Of a stretch of 64,000 nt of DNA, positions 1 through 8,868 are shown one piece after another. The notes beneath the pieces are model-generated. The model searched no databases. It saw only the letters and a list, made by a program, of their open reading frames with translations, and was not told the DNA's origin. Source of the DNA: Thermoplasmata archaeon (GTDB lineage Archaea > Thermoplasmatota > Thermoplasmata > Lutacidiplasmatales > UBA184); assembly GCA_027315455.1 (NCBI GenBank), contig DAHUXZ010000006.1, positions 8,952 through 72,951 on the forward strand. Direction: 5' to 3'. Position 1 is the first letter of the stretch. Every line of letters begins with the position of its first letter. The translations under genes were made by a program, and so were the position numbers.

Positions 1-251
1 ACGGCCGCCTCGGTCGACTCGGCGAGGTCGACCCATCCCAAGTACGTGTTGAGCGCGGCCCGCAGTGCCCCGGTGTCCCGGGCCTCGATGTGGAGGGCGA
101 TCGAGCCGGACGCGGGACGGGAGATCGCCGAGCGGGCGCGCGGGACCTCGCGCGCGGCCTCGGGCACGAGGGCGGCGATGAGCCGGTCGGCCGACGCTCG
201 GGAGGGCCGTCGGACGGTGAGGACCGCCGTCCAGGCGACGGACGGGCTCAC
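1..251 (-). CDS. pcc1: KEOPS complex subunit Pcc1-like (partial; 3' end runs past window start)
   Basis: Reverse-strand translation from GTG at 251 gives VSPSVAWTAVLTVRRPSRASADRLIAALVPEAAREVPRARSAISRPASGSIALHIEARDTGALRAALNTYLGWVDLAESTEAA. The motif L.I.A.D..ALRA.LN.YL.W matches Pcc1. The GTG overlaps the purB stop (GTGA). Confidence 0.5.
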   Translation of the reverse strand, partial: MSPSVAWTAVLTVRRPSRASADRLIAALVPEAAREVPRARSAISRPASGSIALHIEARDTGALRAALNTYLGWVDLAESTEAA

Positions 252-1615
252 CGGGCGAGCTCCGATTCGAGGTGGGCGAGGACGCGGTCCGTCTTCTCCG
301 CCGCGGCCCGCACGTACCGGGCCGGGTCGAGGAGCTCGTCAATATCGGTCGGACCGAGCACGGCGAGAACCCGGGGGTCGGCCTTCGCGCGGGCGGCGAG
401 GCTCGCTCCCGGGCCCAGATCGCGCGAGAGGGCGCGGAGGATCTCGTGGGCATCGGCCCGCGCGAGGCCCCGGCCGGTCAGGGCGAGCATCAGGTTCTCG
501 GTCATCACCGCACCGCCGGCCTGACGGAGGTTCTCGCGCATCCGTTCCACGTCCACGTGGAGTCCGCGGAACACCTGGGCGAGCTTGCGCAGGATGTCGT
601 CGGTCAAGACGAGGGCGTGGGGGAGGACCACCCGCTCGTTCGCCGAGTTCGCGAGGTCGCGCTCGTGCCAGAGGACCATGTTCTCCAGGGGAGGGAGCGC
701 GAACGCCCGGATGAGCCGCGCGAGGCTCGTCACGTTCTCCGAGAGCATCGGGTTGCGCTTCTGGGCCATCGTCGAGGACCCGACCTGCTGGCGTTCGTCG
801 AACGCCTCGCTCACCTCGCCGATCTCGGAGCGCTGCAGATTGCGGACCTCCGTCGCGAGGCGCTCGGCCGTGCCCGCGATGAGCGCGAGCAGGTTGGTCA
901 GCTCGGCAATCCGGTCACGGCCGACGATCTGCGTGGGCGCCTCGTCGGCGGTCAGCCCGAGGCGGTGCATCGTCCCCGCCTCGACCTCCGCGGCCCGCTC
1001 CCCGAAGCCCGCCCCGGTCCCGACGGCCCCGGCCATCTTCCCGACGGCGATGCGCGGGCGGGCCTCGTCGAGCCGGCGGCGGTGCCGTAGGACCTCCGCG
1101 GCCCCGACCGCCATCTTGTAGCCGAAGCTCAACGGCACCGCGTACTGACCGTGCGTCCGCCCCACCTCGGCCGTATCCCGATGGGTCCGGGCCTGGAGGA
1201 TGAGGGCCGCGGCGAGGTCCGTGAGCCCCTCGCGCACCCCTTCGATCGCGTCGCGGAGCTCGAGGGCGAGCGCGGTGTCGCTGATGTCCGCGGACGTCGC
1301 GCCGAAGTGGACCCACCGGCCGGCCGGGCCGGCCTTCTCGGCGAGAGCGCGGGTGATGGCCATCACGTCGTGGCGAAGTCCGGCCTCGAGCTCATCGACC
1401 CGGGCGAGGGTGACGGAAGGGCCCTCGGCCGCGGCGCCGATCGCCCGGGCGGCTTCCGGGGGGATCAGGCCGAGCTCGGCCTGCGTCGCCGCGAGCGCCG
1501 CTTCGACCTTGAGCGCTCGTCTCAGCCGGGCCTCGCGGGAAAATAGCGCCCGGAACTCGGGCCGGCCGTAGCGGAACTCGAGCGGGCAGATCGCGTCGGC
1601 GGTGCCGGCGTGCAC
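248..1615 (-). CDS. purB: adenylosuccinate lyase
   Basis: 455-aa ORF with fumarate-lyase/PurB similarity along its full length (GATSADI..., SSTMAQKRNP motif). Confidence 0.9.
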   Translation of the reverse strand: MHAGTADAICPLEFRYGRPEFRALFSREARLRRALKVEAALAATQAELGLIPPEAARAIGAAAEGPSVTLARVDELEAGLRHDVMAITRALAEKAGPAGRWVHFGATSADISDTALALELRDAIEGVREGLTDLAAALILQARTHRDTAEVGRTHGQYAVPLSFGYKMAVGAAEVLRHRRRLDEARPRIAVGKMAGAVGTGAGFGERAAEVEAGTMHRLGLTADEAPTQIVGRDRIAELTNLLALIAGTAERLATEVRNLQRSEIGEVSEAFDERQQVGSSTMAQKRNPMLSENVTSLARLIRAFALPPLENMVLWHERDLANSANERVVLPHALVLTDDILRKLAQVFRGLHVDVERMRENLRQAGGAVMTENLMLALTGRGLARADAHEILRALSRDLGPGASLAARAKADPRVLAVLGPTDIDELLDPARYVRAAAEKTDRVLAHLESELAR

Positions 1616-1635
1616 GTCCCGCGAGCCGGGGGTGG

Positions 1636-1642
1636 CTATATA
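1636..1642 (-). promoter_or_regulatory. TATA box (TATATAT) ~25 bp upstream of the purB start codon; leaderless-type promoter
   Basis: The only AT-rich heptamer in a 200-bp GC-rich intergenic region, at archaeal TATA spacing from the purB start at 1615. Confidence 0.4.
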
Positions 1643-1818
1643 TGGCTACCCGCGCCCGGTGCGTGACGCGCCGGGCTCCGGCCCGACGGCGGTTTTAACC
1701 CGTCCCCGGTCCGCCCGGTGTAGGGAGGTCGCCTACGGCGCGCACGCTCGTCGCTCTGGGGGGGAACGCGCTCCAGCGGGCCGGCCGGCCGGCGACCTGG
1801 GGAGAGACCGTCCGCCAA

Positions 1819-2691
1819 GTGCGCGCTACGGCGGCCGCCCTCGCGCCGCTTGCCGCGGAGGGTCACGCGCTCGTCCTGACCCACGGCAACGGCCCCCAGG
1901 TCGGGGGCCTCCTCCGCCAGAACGAGCTCGCCGAGCGGGAGGTCCCGCCCCGGCCGATGGATGTCCTCGGGGCGGAGACGGAAGGCCAGATCGGCTATCT
2001 CGTCCAGCAGGAGCTCGCGAACGCGCTCGCCCGCGCCCACGTTGCGCGGACCGTCGTGACCCTCATCACGCGCATCGAGGTCTCGCGGCGTGACCCCGCG
2101 TTCCGGCATCCGACGAAGCCCGTCGGGCGGTACTACTCCGAGGGTGAGGCGCGGATCCAACGCAAGCGGGAGGGCTGGCAGCTCGTCTACGACGGCGCCC
2201 GGGGGGGCTGGCGACGCGTCGTCCCGTCGCCGGAGCCCCGCCGTTGGCTCGAGGGGGAGCTCGTGCGGCAGCTCCTCGATCGCGGCGGCGGGGACTCGTG
2301 GATCCCGATCCTCGCGGGCGGGGGCGGCATCCCCGTCGTCGCGCGCGGTCGGGGGCAGTACGAGGGGGTCGAGGCCGTCATCGACAAGGACCTCACCGCG
2401 GCGCTCCTCGCCCGCGAACTTTCCGTGGAGACCCTCGCGATCGTCACCGACGTCCCGTCGGTCGCCGTGGGCTTCGGCCGGCCGTGGGAGCGATGGCTCG
2501 GTGAGGTCCGGGCCGCCGAGCTCGCCGACCATCTCGCGCGGGGAGAGTTCGGCGAGGGGAGCATGGCCCCCAAGGTGCGCGCCGGCCTACGGTTCCTGGC
2601 CGCCGGGGGACGGCGGGTCGTGATCACCGATGTCCCTTCGCTCGGACGCGCCCTCCGCGGCGAGGCCGGCACGCGGGTCGGACGCGACTAG
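1819..2691 (+). CDS. arcC: carbamate kinase (first canonical start GTG 1819; the true N-terminus probably begins near 1735)
   Basis: VLTHGNGPQVG and the C-terminal carbamate kinase motifs are present. The conserved N-terminal VALGGNAL is encoded in frame at 1750-1773, upstream of any ATG/GTG/TTG. GGGAGGT (1723-1729) followed by ACG at 1735 suggests a non-canonical start. Confidence 0.85.
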   Translation: MRATAAALAPLAAEGHALVLTHGNGPQVGGLLRQNELAEREVPPRPMDVLGAETEGQIGYLVQQELANALARAHVARTVVTLITRIEVSRRDPAFRHPTKPVGRYYSEGEARIQRKREGWQLVYDGARGGWRRVVPSPEPRRWLEGELVRQLLDRGGGDSWIPILAGGGGIPVVARGRGQYEGVEAVIDKDLTAALLARELSVETLAIVTDVPSVAVGFGRPWERWLGEVRAAELADHLARGEFGEGSMAPKVRAGLRFLAAGGRRVVITDVPSLGRALRGEAGTRVGRD

Positions 2692-3450
2692 GTCGCGGCG
2701 CGGCCGGTGCACGGCCCGATGGACCCCGCTCCCGTACTGGAAGGCGCGCTTGGGGCGCTCGCAGATCGACCCCGGGAGACCCAGGTCCCGGGCGAGGCGG
2801 CGCAGGCCGGGTTTCGACACCGTCGGGGTGGGGAGCGGCGGGGGGTCGTCGCGGACCGCCGCGAGGACGGCCGCATCGAGGAACGGAGCGCGCAGCTCTC
2901 GCCCCAGACGGGCGGCGATGCGATCGGCGCGCGGCCCGTCCTCCCGTTCGACGCGCAGGAGATCGGCCGACGCGCTCTGCCGCACGACGCCCGGGACCAT
3001 GGTGCGGTAGCGGGCGTAGCCGTAGAACAGCTCGTCGGCGCCTTGCCCCCACAGGACCCGCCGGTCCGGCGCCTGGCCGACCAGGACCGCGGTGCCGAGG
3101 GCGACGCTGTAGTAGGGCTCGCGCAGGCCACCGAGCTCGTCCGCGAATATCGCCGCGACGTCCCGTACCTGCTCCTCCGTCACCAGCGCCTCGGTCAGGG
3201 GCAGGCCGAGCCCTTGCGCCCCGGCGCGCGCGGCCGCACGATCGCGGGCCCCCTCGGTCCCGACCACGAGCAGGGTCACCGCGGCGAAGCGGCGGGCGAG
3301 GTGCGCGATGATCGAGGAGTCGACGCCCCCCGAGTACAGTACGGTGAGGCGGTCCACCCCGCCGGCCGCGGCCTGGACGGCGCGAAGGAGCGCCCCGGCC
3401 AGCCGCGGGCCGCTCTTCCCCCCGTCGGGGCCCACCCCCCCGGGTTCCAT
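2587..3450 (-). CDS. asparagine synthase-related PP-loop ATP pyrophosphatase (C-terminal AsnB-like domain only)
   Basis: SGGVDSS PP-loop motif and AsnB C-domain-like sequence. Start taken at the internal Met (MEPGGVG) to avoid overlap with the divergent gene. The 3' end overlaps the convergent arcC by ~100 nt. Confidence 0.55.
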   Translation of the reverse strand: MEPGGVGPDGGKSGPRLAGALLRAVQAAAGGVDRLTVLYSGGVDSSIIAHLARRFAAVTLLVVGTEGARDRAAARAGAQGLGLPLTEALVTEEQVRDVAAIFADELGGLREPYYSVALGTAVLVGQAPDRRVLWGQGADELFYGYARYRTMVPGVVRQSASADLLRVEREDGPRADRIAARLGRELRAPFLDAAVLAAVRDDPPPLPTPTVSKPGLRRLARDLGLPGSICERPKRAFQYGSGVHRAVHRPRRDLVASDPRAGLAAEGASERRDIGDHDPPSPGGQEP

Positions 3451-3479
3451 GACGGGAGGCCCGAGGGGGTCCACGGTCA

Positions 3480-4112
3480 ATGACTTATCTGCGACGCCGG
3501 TGCCCGGCCGCCGTGGTCGACGCATCGCAGGTCGAACGTTCGCGGCCCCGCCCGGGGCCCGCCCGCCGCCGTGCCGTGTTCGTCGATCGCGACGGAACGC
3601 TCAACCCCGACCTCCACTACCTGGCCGACGCCGCCCGGCTCGAGGTCTACGCCGGCGTAGCCGAGGGGATCCGGCTGCTGCGCGCCCACGGCTATCTCAT
3701 CGTCTGCGTCACGAACCAGTCCGGGATCGAGCGCGGGTTCTACACCGAGGAGGAGGTCGGGCGGATCCATGCCCGCCTCAACGAGATCCTCGGACGCGAC
3801 GGGGCGCGGGTCGACGCGTTCTACTTCTGCCCTCACGCGCCCGAGGCCGGCTGCGACTGCCGCAAGCCGGGCATCGCGCTGTTCGAGCGGGCGCAGCGCG
3901 ACCTCGGGCTCTACCTGCCGGCCAGCGCCATCGTGGGCGACCGGTCGCTGGACATCGAGGCCGGAAGCCGCCTCGGCCTCTTCACCGCCCTCGTCCCGTC
4001 GCGCGGCCACGAGCGCGAGATCGCCCGCGAGCTTGAGGACCGCCACCTGGCCGCCGACGTGGTCGCGCCGTCGTTCCGGGCCGCGGCGCACCGCCTCCTC
4101 GCCCACGGCTGA
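3480..4112 (+). CDS. HAD-IIIA family phosphatase (D,D-heptose 1,7-bisphosphate phosphatase / histidinol-phosphatase-like)
   Basis: AVFVDRDGTLN (motif I DxDGT) and Cx..C.CRKP, characteristic of GmhB-like HAD phosphatases. The start may be the downstream GTG near 3573. Confidence 0.7.
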   Translation: MTYLRRRCPAAVVDASQVERSRPRPGPARRRAVFVDRDGTLNPDLHYLADAARLEVYAGVAEGIRLLRAHGYLIVCVTNQSGIERGFYTEEEVGRIHARLNEILGRDGARVDAFYFCPHAPEAGCDCRKPGIALFERAQRDLGLYLPASAIVGDRSLDIEAGSRLGLFTALVPSRGHEREIARELEDRHLAADVVAPSFRAAAHRLLAHG

Positions 4113-4164
4113 CCCTTTCGCAAAGCTTCTATGCGGAGGTCCTCCTCGGTCGCGGGGCCTGTGC

Positions 4165-4926
4165 GTGGTTCTTCCACTCCTTGAGGCCGCCGTGGGCATC
4201 GCGCTCACGGCCGGCCTCGCCATCGCGGCGGTCGCGGCGCGTGCCCTCACCCCGGCCGCGGCCACGGCGGCCGCGGTCTTCGGCTCGGTGATCGTCGTCC
4301 TCGCCGGCTTTCCCTACCTGCTCCTGCTCGTCCTGTTCGTGGTCGCGAGCGTCCTCGCGACGCGCTACGCGTTTGAGGAGAAGCAGCGACGCAACGTCCA
4401 GGAAGGGGTGCACGGCGAGCGGGGGATCTCGAACGTGCTCGCCCACGTCCTCCTCCCGACGGCCCTCGTCCTCATCGCGACCGTCGGCCCGCACGCGCTT
4501 CCCGACGTGTCGCTCTACGTCCTCTTCGCCGCCGCCCTCGCCTTCGGCACCGCCGACACGTTCGCGAGCGAGTTCGGCGTCCTCGCCGGGCGCGCCCGGA
4601 GCATCCTCACGATGCGGCCCGTTCCGGCCGGGACGAACGGGGGGGTCTCCGGGATCGGGCAGCTCTGGGCGCTCGCGGGCGCGCTCGCGACGGGGGTCGC
4701 GGCGGCCGCGCTCGCCCTCGCGTTCGCCGCCCCGCTGCCGCGCCCCGGCCTCCTCGTGTTCGGTGCGACGGCCGCGGGGTTCCTCGCCTGCCAGGTCGAC
4801 AGCATCCTCGGCGAAGCGCTCGAGAACCGGGGCCTCCTGACGAAGGGAACGACGAACCTCGCCGGGATGCTCTCGGCGATCCTGATCGCCCTCGCGTTCC
4901 TCGCCGTCGCGGGGTCCCCGCTGTGA
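4165..4926 (+). CDS. DUF92 (TIGR00297) family integral membrane protein
   Basis: Multi-TM protein with ...TADTFASEFG...GGVSG... signature. GTG at 4165 chosen because the ORF before it overlaps gmhB in another frame. Confidence 0.55.
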   Translation: MVLPLLEAAVGIALTAGLAIAAVAARALTPAAATAAAVFGSVIVVLAGFPYLLLLVLFVVASVLATRYAFEEKQRRNVQEGVHGERGISNVLAHVLLPTALVLIATVGPHALPDVSLYVLFAAALAFGTADTFASEFGVLAGRARSILTMRPVPAGTNGGVSGIGQLWALAGALATGVAAAALALAFAAPLPRPGLLVFGATAAGFLACQVDSILGEALENRGLLTKGTTNLAGMLSAILIALAFLAVAGSPL

Positions 4927-5648
4927 GCGCGGCATCGCGGCCGACGGGGAGCGTCGTCCTCCTGTCGGGGGGGATGGACAGCGCGACCTGCCTCGCCCTC
5001 GCCGCGCGCGACGATCCGCCCGTGCACGCCCTCACGATCCTCTACGGCCAGCGCCACGCGCGGGAGGTCGCGGCGGCCCGCGCCCTGGCGGCCCGCTACC
5101 GTGTCGCGAGCCATACCGTGCTTCGGCTGCCGCTCGGCAGCCTCCTTGCCTCGTCGCTGACCGACCGCCGTCGCCCGATCCCGCGCGGCCGATCCCGGCC
5201 CCGCGGGGCCATTCCCTCGACCTACGTCCCGGCGCGGAACACCGTGCTCCTGGCGATCGCCCTCGGGCTCGCCGAGAGCCGGCGCGCCGGGGCGATCTAC
5301 CTCGGGGTCAACGCCGTCGACTACTCCGGCTACCCCGACTGTCGACCGGAGTTCCTGCGCGCGTTCACCCGGCTGGCGCGGCTCGCGACCCGGGCGGGGG
5401 TCGAGGGGCCGGGCGCGCCGCGGATCGTCGCGCCGCTGCTGCGGTGGAGCAAGGCCGAGATCGTCCGGCGGGGCGAGCGCTTGGGCGTCCCATGGGCGCT
5501 CACCTGGAGCTGCTACGTGGGTGGTCGACGGCCCTGCGGCCGGTGCGACAGCTGCCGCCTGCGCGCGAAGGGGTTCGCCGAGGCCGGGGTGGCCGACCCG
5601 ACCCTCGGCGCCGGTCGACGCCGCCCGGCGTCGCGCCCTACGCGGTGA
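4923..5648 (+). CDS. queC: 7-cyano-7-deazaguanine synthase
   Basis: LLSGGMDS PP-loop and C-terminal CxxC...C zinc motif typical of QueC. Overlaps the preceding gene by 4 nt. Confidence 0.9.
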   Translation: MSAASRPTGSVVLLSGGMDSATCLALAARDDPPVHALTILYGQRHAREVAAARALAARYRVASHTVLRLPLGSLLASSLTDRRRPIPRGRSRPRGAIPSTYVPARNTVLLAIALGLAESRRAGAIYLGVNAVDYSGYPDCRPEFLRAFTRLARLATRAGVEGPGAPRIVAPLLRWSKAEIVRRGERLGVPWALTWSCYVGGRRPCGRCDSCRLRAKGFAEAGVADPTLGAGRRRPASRPTR

Positions 5649-6042
5649 GCTGCGACGTGCAGTTCGGGCAGCGCGTCGCCTTGAGGGAGATCTGCGTAAT
5701 GCAGTACGGGCACTCCTTCGTCGCCGCCGCGGCCGGCGGGGGCGCGTTGCGGCTCTTGAACTTCTGATACGGCCGGACGATCAGGAAGAACATCACCAGC
5801 GCGATCGTGACGAAGCCGATGATCGCGTTGATGAACGCACCGTAGAGGATCGGGCTGCCGTTGATGGCGACCGAGAAGCTCGAGAAGTCGGCCTTCCCGG
5901 GAATCCCGATCAGGCCGTTGATCACGTCGTTGACCAGCGCGGTGATGACCGCCTGGAACGCGAGGCCGATCACCACGGCGACCGCGAGTTCGATCACGTT
6001 GCCCTTCAGGGTGAAGTTCTTGAAGTCCTCCCAGATACCCAT
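5638..6042 (-). CDS. mscL: large-conductance mechanosensitive channel MscL with a C-terminal CxxC...CxxC zinc-ribbon extension
   Basis: N-terminal FKNFTLKGNVIELAVAVVIGLAF and two TM helices match MscL. The C-terminus CPYC...CPNC is an added zinc-ribbon-like tail. Confidence 0.8.
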   Translation of the reverse strand: MGIWEDFKNFTLKGNVIELAVAVVIGLAFQAVITALVNDVINGLIGIPGKADFSSFSVAINGSPILYGAFINAIIGFVTIALVMFFLIVRPYQKFKSRNAPPPAAAATKECPYCITQISLKATRCPNCTSQLTA

Positions 6043-6109
6043 GTTCCTCCCCCTCCGGGGGGCGAATGGCGACCGGTCCGGCCCCTCTTAAACTATCGGT
6101 CAGACCCGG

Positions 6110-7933
6110 CTACATCCGCTCGAGGGGGGAGAGGCCAAGCAGGTCGAGGGCGTTGCCGAGGCCCTGGCGGGCCGCGGCGACGAGGGCGAGTCGGCTCGCG
6201 CGCTCCTCCCCGGCCTTGATCACGGGCGTGCTCTCGTAGAAGCGGTTGAACTCCTCGGCGAGCTGATGGGCGAAACCGGCGAGAGCGTGCACGTGCGTCG
6301 TCCGTGCCACGCGCGCGACGACCCCCGGCAGGAGCGAGAGCCGCTTGATGAGGGCGCGCTCGGGCGGCGTCGCGAGGCGGTCCACATCGAACGGCCACGG
6401 CCCGGCGTCGCCGTCGGCCTTGCGCAGGATGCTCGAGGCCCGGGCGTACGAGTACTGGAGGAAGGGGCCGCTGCGTCCCTCGAAGCTCAGGGCGTCCTCC
6501 CACCGGAAGGCGACGGTCTTGTCCGGCGCGACACGGAGGATGTGGTAACGGACCGCCGACGCGGCGATCGTCCGGGCGACCTGCGCGACCTCGTCGGGCG
6601 CCATGTCCTCCCGCCGCGCGAGGATCTCGGCCCGGGCGCGGATCTCCGCCTCGTCGAGGAGGTCGTCCAGGTAGACGGCCTTCCCGTGGCGCGTGCTCAT
6701 CCGGCCTCCCCCGCTGTCGGGGACGGTGATGTCCTGGTAGATCACGAACTCCGGGCGCCGCGTCTCACCGATCTCGGTGAGGAGCGCCTCGAGGGTCCGC
6801 GCGTGCAGATGGTGGTCCTGGCCGAGGACGTCGATCACCCGCGGGAACCGACCGAACTTCTCCAGGTGGTAGGCGACGTCGCGCGTCGCGTAGAGGGTCG
6901 TCCCGTCGGCCCGCGCGACGATGACGCGCGCGCTCTCCTTGGGGAGACCGTAGTCGCCCGCGTCGATGGCGGCGGCGCCGTTCGGCTCCGTGACGGCGTG
7001 GGGGGCGGCCGCCAGCCGCTCGACCACGCGGTCGACCTCGCCGGAGGAAAGGAACCGGGACTCCCAGACGAGCTCGTCGAAGCGTATGCCGACCCGGGCG
7101 AGCGACGCGAGCATGCCCTCGAGGACCTTCGTGACGAGCTCGTGGTGGCGCGCCGGGGGGTGACCGGACTCGAGCGCCCGGGAGAGGGCCTGCACCTCGG
7201 CCGCGGCCTCGGGGTGGGTCTTGAGGTACTGGCTCACGGCCGGGTACGGCCGGCCGAGGCGGCGGTCGGCGCGCTCGTCCGGGTCGTCGACCGCCGGCAG
7301 GACCGCCCGGATCTCCTCGGGCCACTCGGCGACCGGCTTCGACCAGATCCACGTGACCATCGCGGCCTGGCGTCCGACGTCGTCGACATAGTACTGGGAG
7401 GTGACGGGAGCTCCGGTCGCCCGGAGGACCCGCGTGAGCGTGTCGCCGATGATCCCGTTGCGGACCCGCCCGACGTGGAACGGTCCGGTGGGGTTGGCGC
7501 TCGTGTGCTCCACGCAGACCCGCGCCCCCGCGAGGTCGAGGTGACCGTACCTCGGTCCGCGCTCGAAGATCGACCGCAGCGTGGTCGCCGCGAGGTCCCG
7601 CGGCTCGGCCGCGACGTTGAGGAACGCCCCGACCGGCCGCGGGGGGGAGAGTCCGGCAAGCGCCGGCATCGCTCCGGCGATCTCGCGGGCCAGCTCGGAC
7701 GGATCGCGGCCGACCGCCTTCGCGGCCCGATGCAGCGGGAACGCCAGATCGCCGTGCTCGCTCCCGGACCAGTCGAGCTGGAGCGCGACCTGTTCGGGAG
7801 TCGCGGAGACGCCCCGCGCGGCGAGCGCATCGGCGAGCGCACGGACCAGGTCGCCCTCGAGGGCGGCCCACGGGTCGGCCGGCGACTGTCCGGAACCGTC
7901 CGCGCCGCGCGTCGCCATCCTCCTCGGGAGCAA
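6110..7933 (-). CDS. argS: arginine--tRNA ligase
   Basis: 607 aa with class I HIGH-like region (HVGRVRNGIIGD), KMSTRHG (KMSK variant) and a DALR anticodon-binding C-terminus. Confidence 0.95.
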   Translation of the reverse strand: MLPRRMATRGADGSGQSPADPWAALEGDLVRALADALAARGVSATPEQVALQLDWSGSEHGDLAFPLHRAAKAVGRDPSELAREIAGAMPALAGLSPPRPVGAFLNVAAEPRDLAATTLRSIFERGPRYGHLDLAGARVCVEHTSANPTGPFHVGRVRNGIIGDTLTRVLRATGAPVTSQYYVDDVGRQAAMVTWIWSKPVAEWPEEIRAVLPAVDDPDERADRRLGRPYPAVSQYLKTHPEAAAEVQALSRALESGHPPARHHELVTKVLEGMLASLARVGIRFDELVWESRFLSSGEVDRVVERLAAAPHAVTEPNGAAAIDAGDYGLPKESARVIVARADGTTLYATRDVAYHLEKFGRFPRVIDVLGQDHHLHARTLEALLTEIGETRRPEFVIYQDITVPDSGGGRMSTRHGKAVYLDDLLDEAEIRARAEILARREDMAPDEVAQVARTIAASAVRYHILRVAPDKTVAFRWEDALSFEGRSGPFLQYSYARASSILRKADGDAGPWPFDVDRLATPPERALIKRLSLLPGVVARVARTTHVHALAGFAHQLAEEFNRFYESTPVIKAGEERASRLALVAAARQGLGNALDLLGLSPLERM

Positions 7934-7971
7934 TCCTAAAGCGGGCCGTCTTTCATAACGGTTCTCCCGGC

Positions 7972-8868
7972 ATGGCGGTCATTCTCGTTCGCTACGGCGA
8001 GCTCGCGCTCAAGTCCCCTCCCGTACGACGGGAGTTCGAGCGCGCCCTCTCCCGCAACATCCTCGAGCAGTTCGTTGCGGCGGGGACGAGCTGCCGGTTG
8101 CGATCCGATCGGGGCCATCTGTACGTCGAAGCGGAGGACGGCCGCGCGGCGATGCGCCTGCTGCGGCGGGTCTTCGGGGTCACCTCGGTCAGCGAGGTCC
8201 GCGAGGTGGCGACGGAGCGCGCGGCGATCCGAGCGGCGCTCTTCGAGATCGCGGATACGGTCCTCGTGCCCGGCGCGCGGTTCGCCGTCCGCGCACGTCG
8301 GACCGGTCAGCATCCGTTCACGAGCCAGGAGCTCGCCCGGGACCTGGGGGGCGACCTCCTCGAGCGCTACGCCGACCGCGGGCTCCGCGTCGACCTCACG
8401 CACCCCGAGGTCGAGCTGACGGTCGAGGTCCGCGACCAGCGCACCTATCTTTCCACGGGGCGGGAGCGCGGGCCGGGCGGTCTTCCGCTGGGGGTCGCGG
8501 GGCGAGTCGTCGCTCTCGTGGACGGCCCGCGCGGCGCCCTCGGAGCGTTCCTCATGATGAAGCGCGGGTGCCGATGCGCCTGCGTGATCTCCCCCGCCGG
8601 CGCCCCCGCGGCGGAGGAGGTGCTCTCCCGCCTCGACCCCAAGGGGACCCGGCGGGTCGCCGGGCCGGACCCGCAGGCCCTCGAGGCCGGCGTCCGGGAA
8701 GCGGCGGAAATGGGCCATGTCGACGGGATCGTGCTCCCGCTCCGGGTGGAAGACTACCCCGAGGCGCGCGCGCGGTGGGGCGACCGGGTCGTCTTCTCCC
8801 CAACGGTCGGGCTCAGCGACGAGGAGGTGGAGGACCGCTGGCGCGGAATCGAGGAGCTCGTAGCGTAG
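7972..8868 (+). CDS. THUMP-domain, ThiI-like protein with a degenerate PP-loop
   Basis: N-terminus ILVRYGELALKS and the THUMP region resemble tRNA 4-thiouridine synthase ThiI. The expected SGGxDS PP-loop position reads LVDGPRGALGAF followed by RGCRCAC. Confidence 0.65.
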   Translation: MAVILVRYGELALKSPPVRREFERALSRNILEQFVAAGTSCRLRSDRGHLYVEAEDGRAAMRLLRRVFGVTSVSEVREVATERAAIRAALFEIADTVLVPGARFAVRARRTGQHPFTSQELARDLGGDLLERYADRGLRVDLTHPEVELTVEVRDQRTYLSTGRERGPGGLPLGVAGRVVALVDGPRGALGAFLMMKRGCRCACVISPAGAPAAEEVLSRLDPKGTRRVAGPDPQALEAGVREAAEMGHVDGIVLPLRVEDYPEARARWGDRVVFSPTVGLSDEEVEDRWRGIEELVA

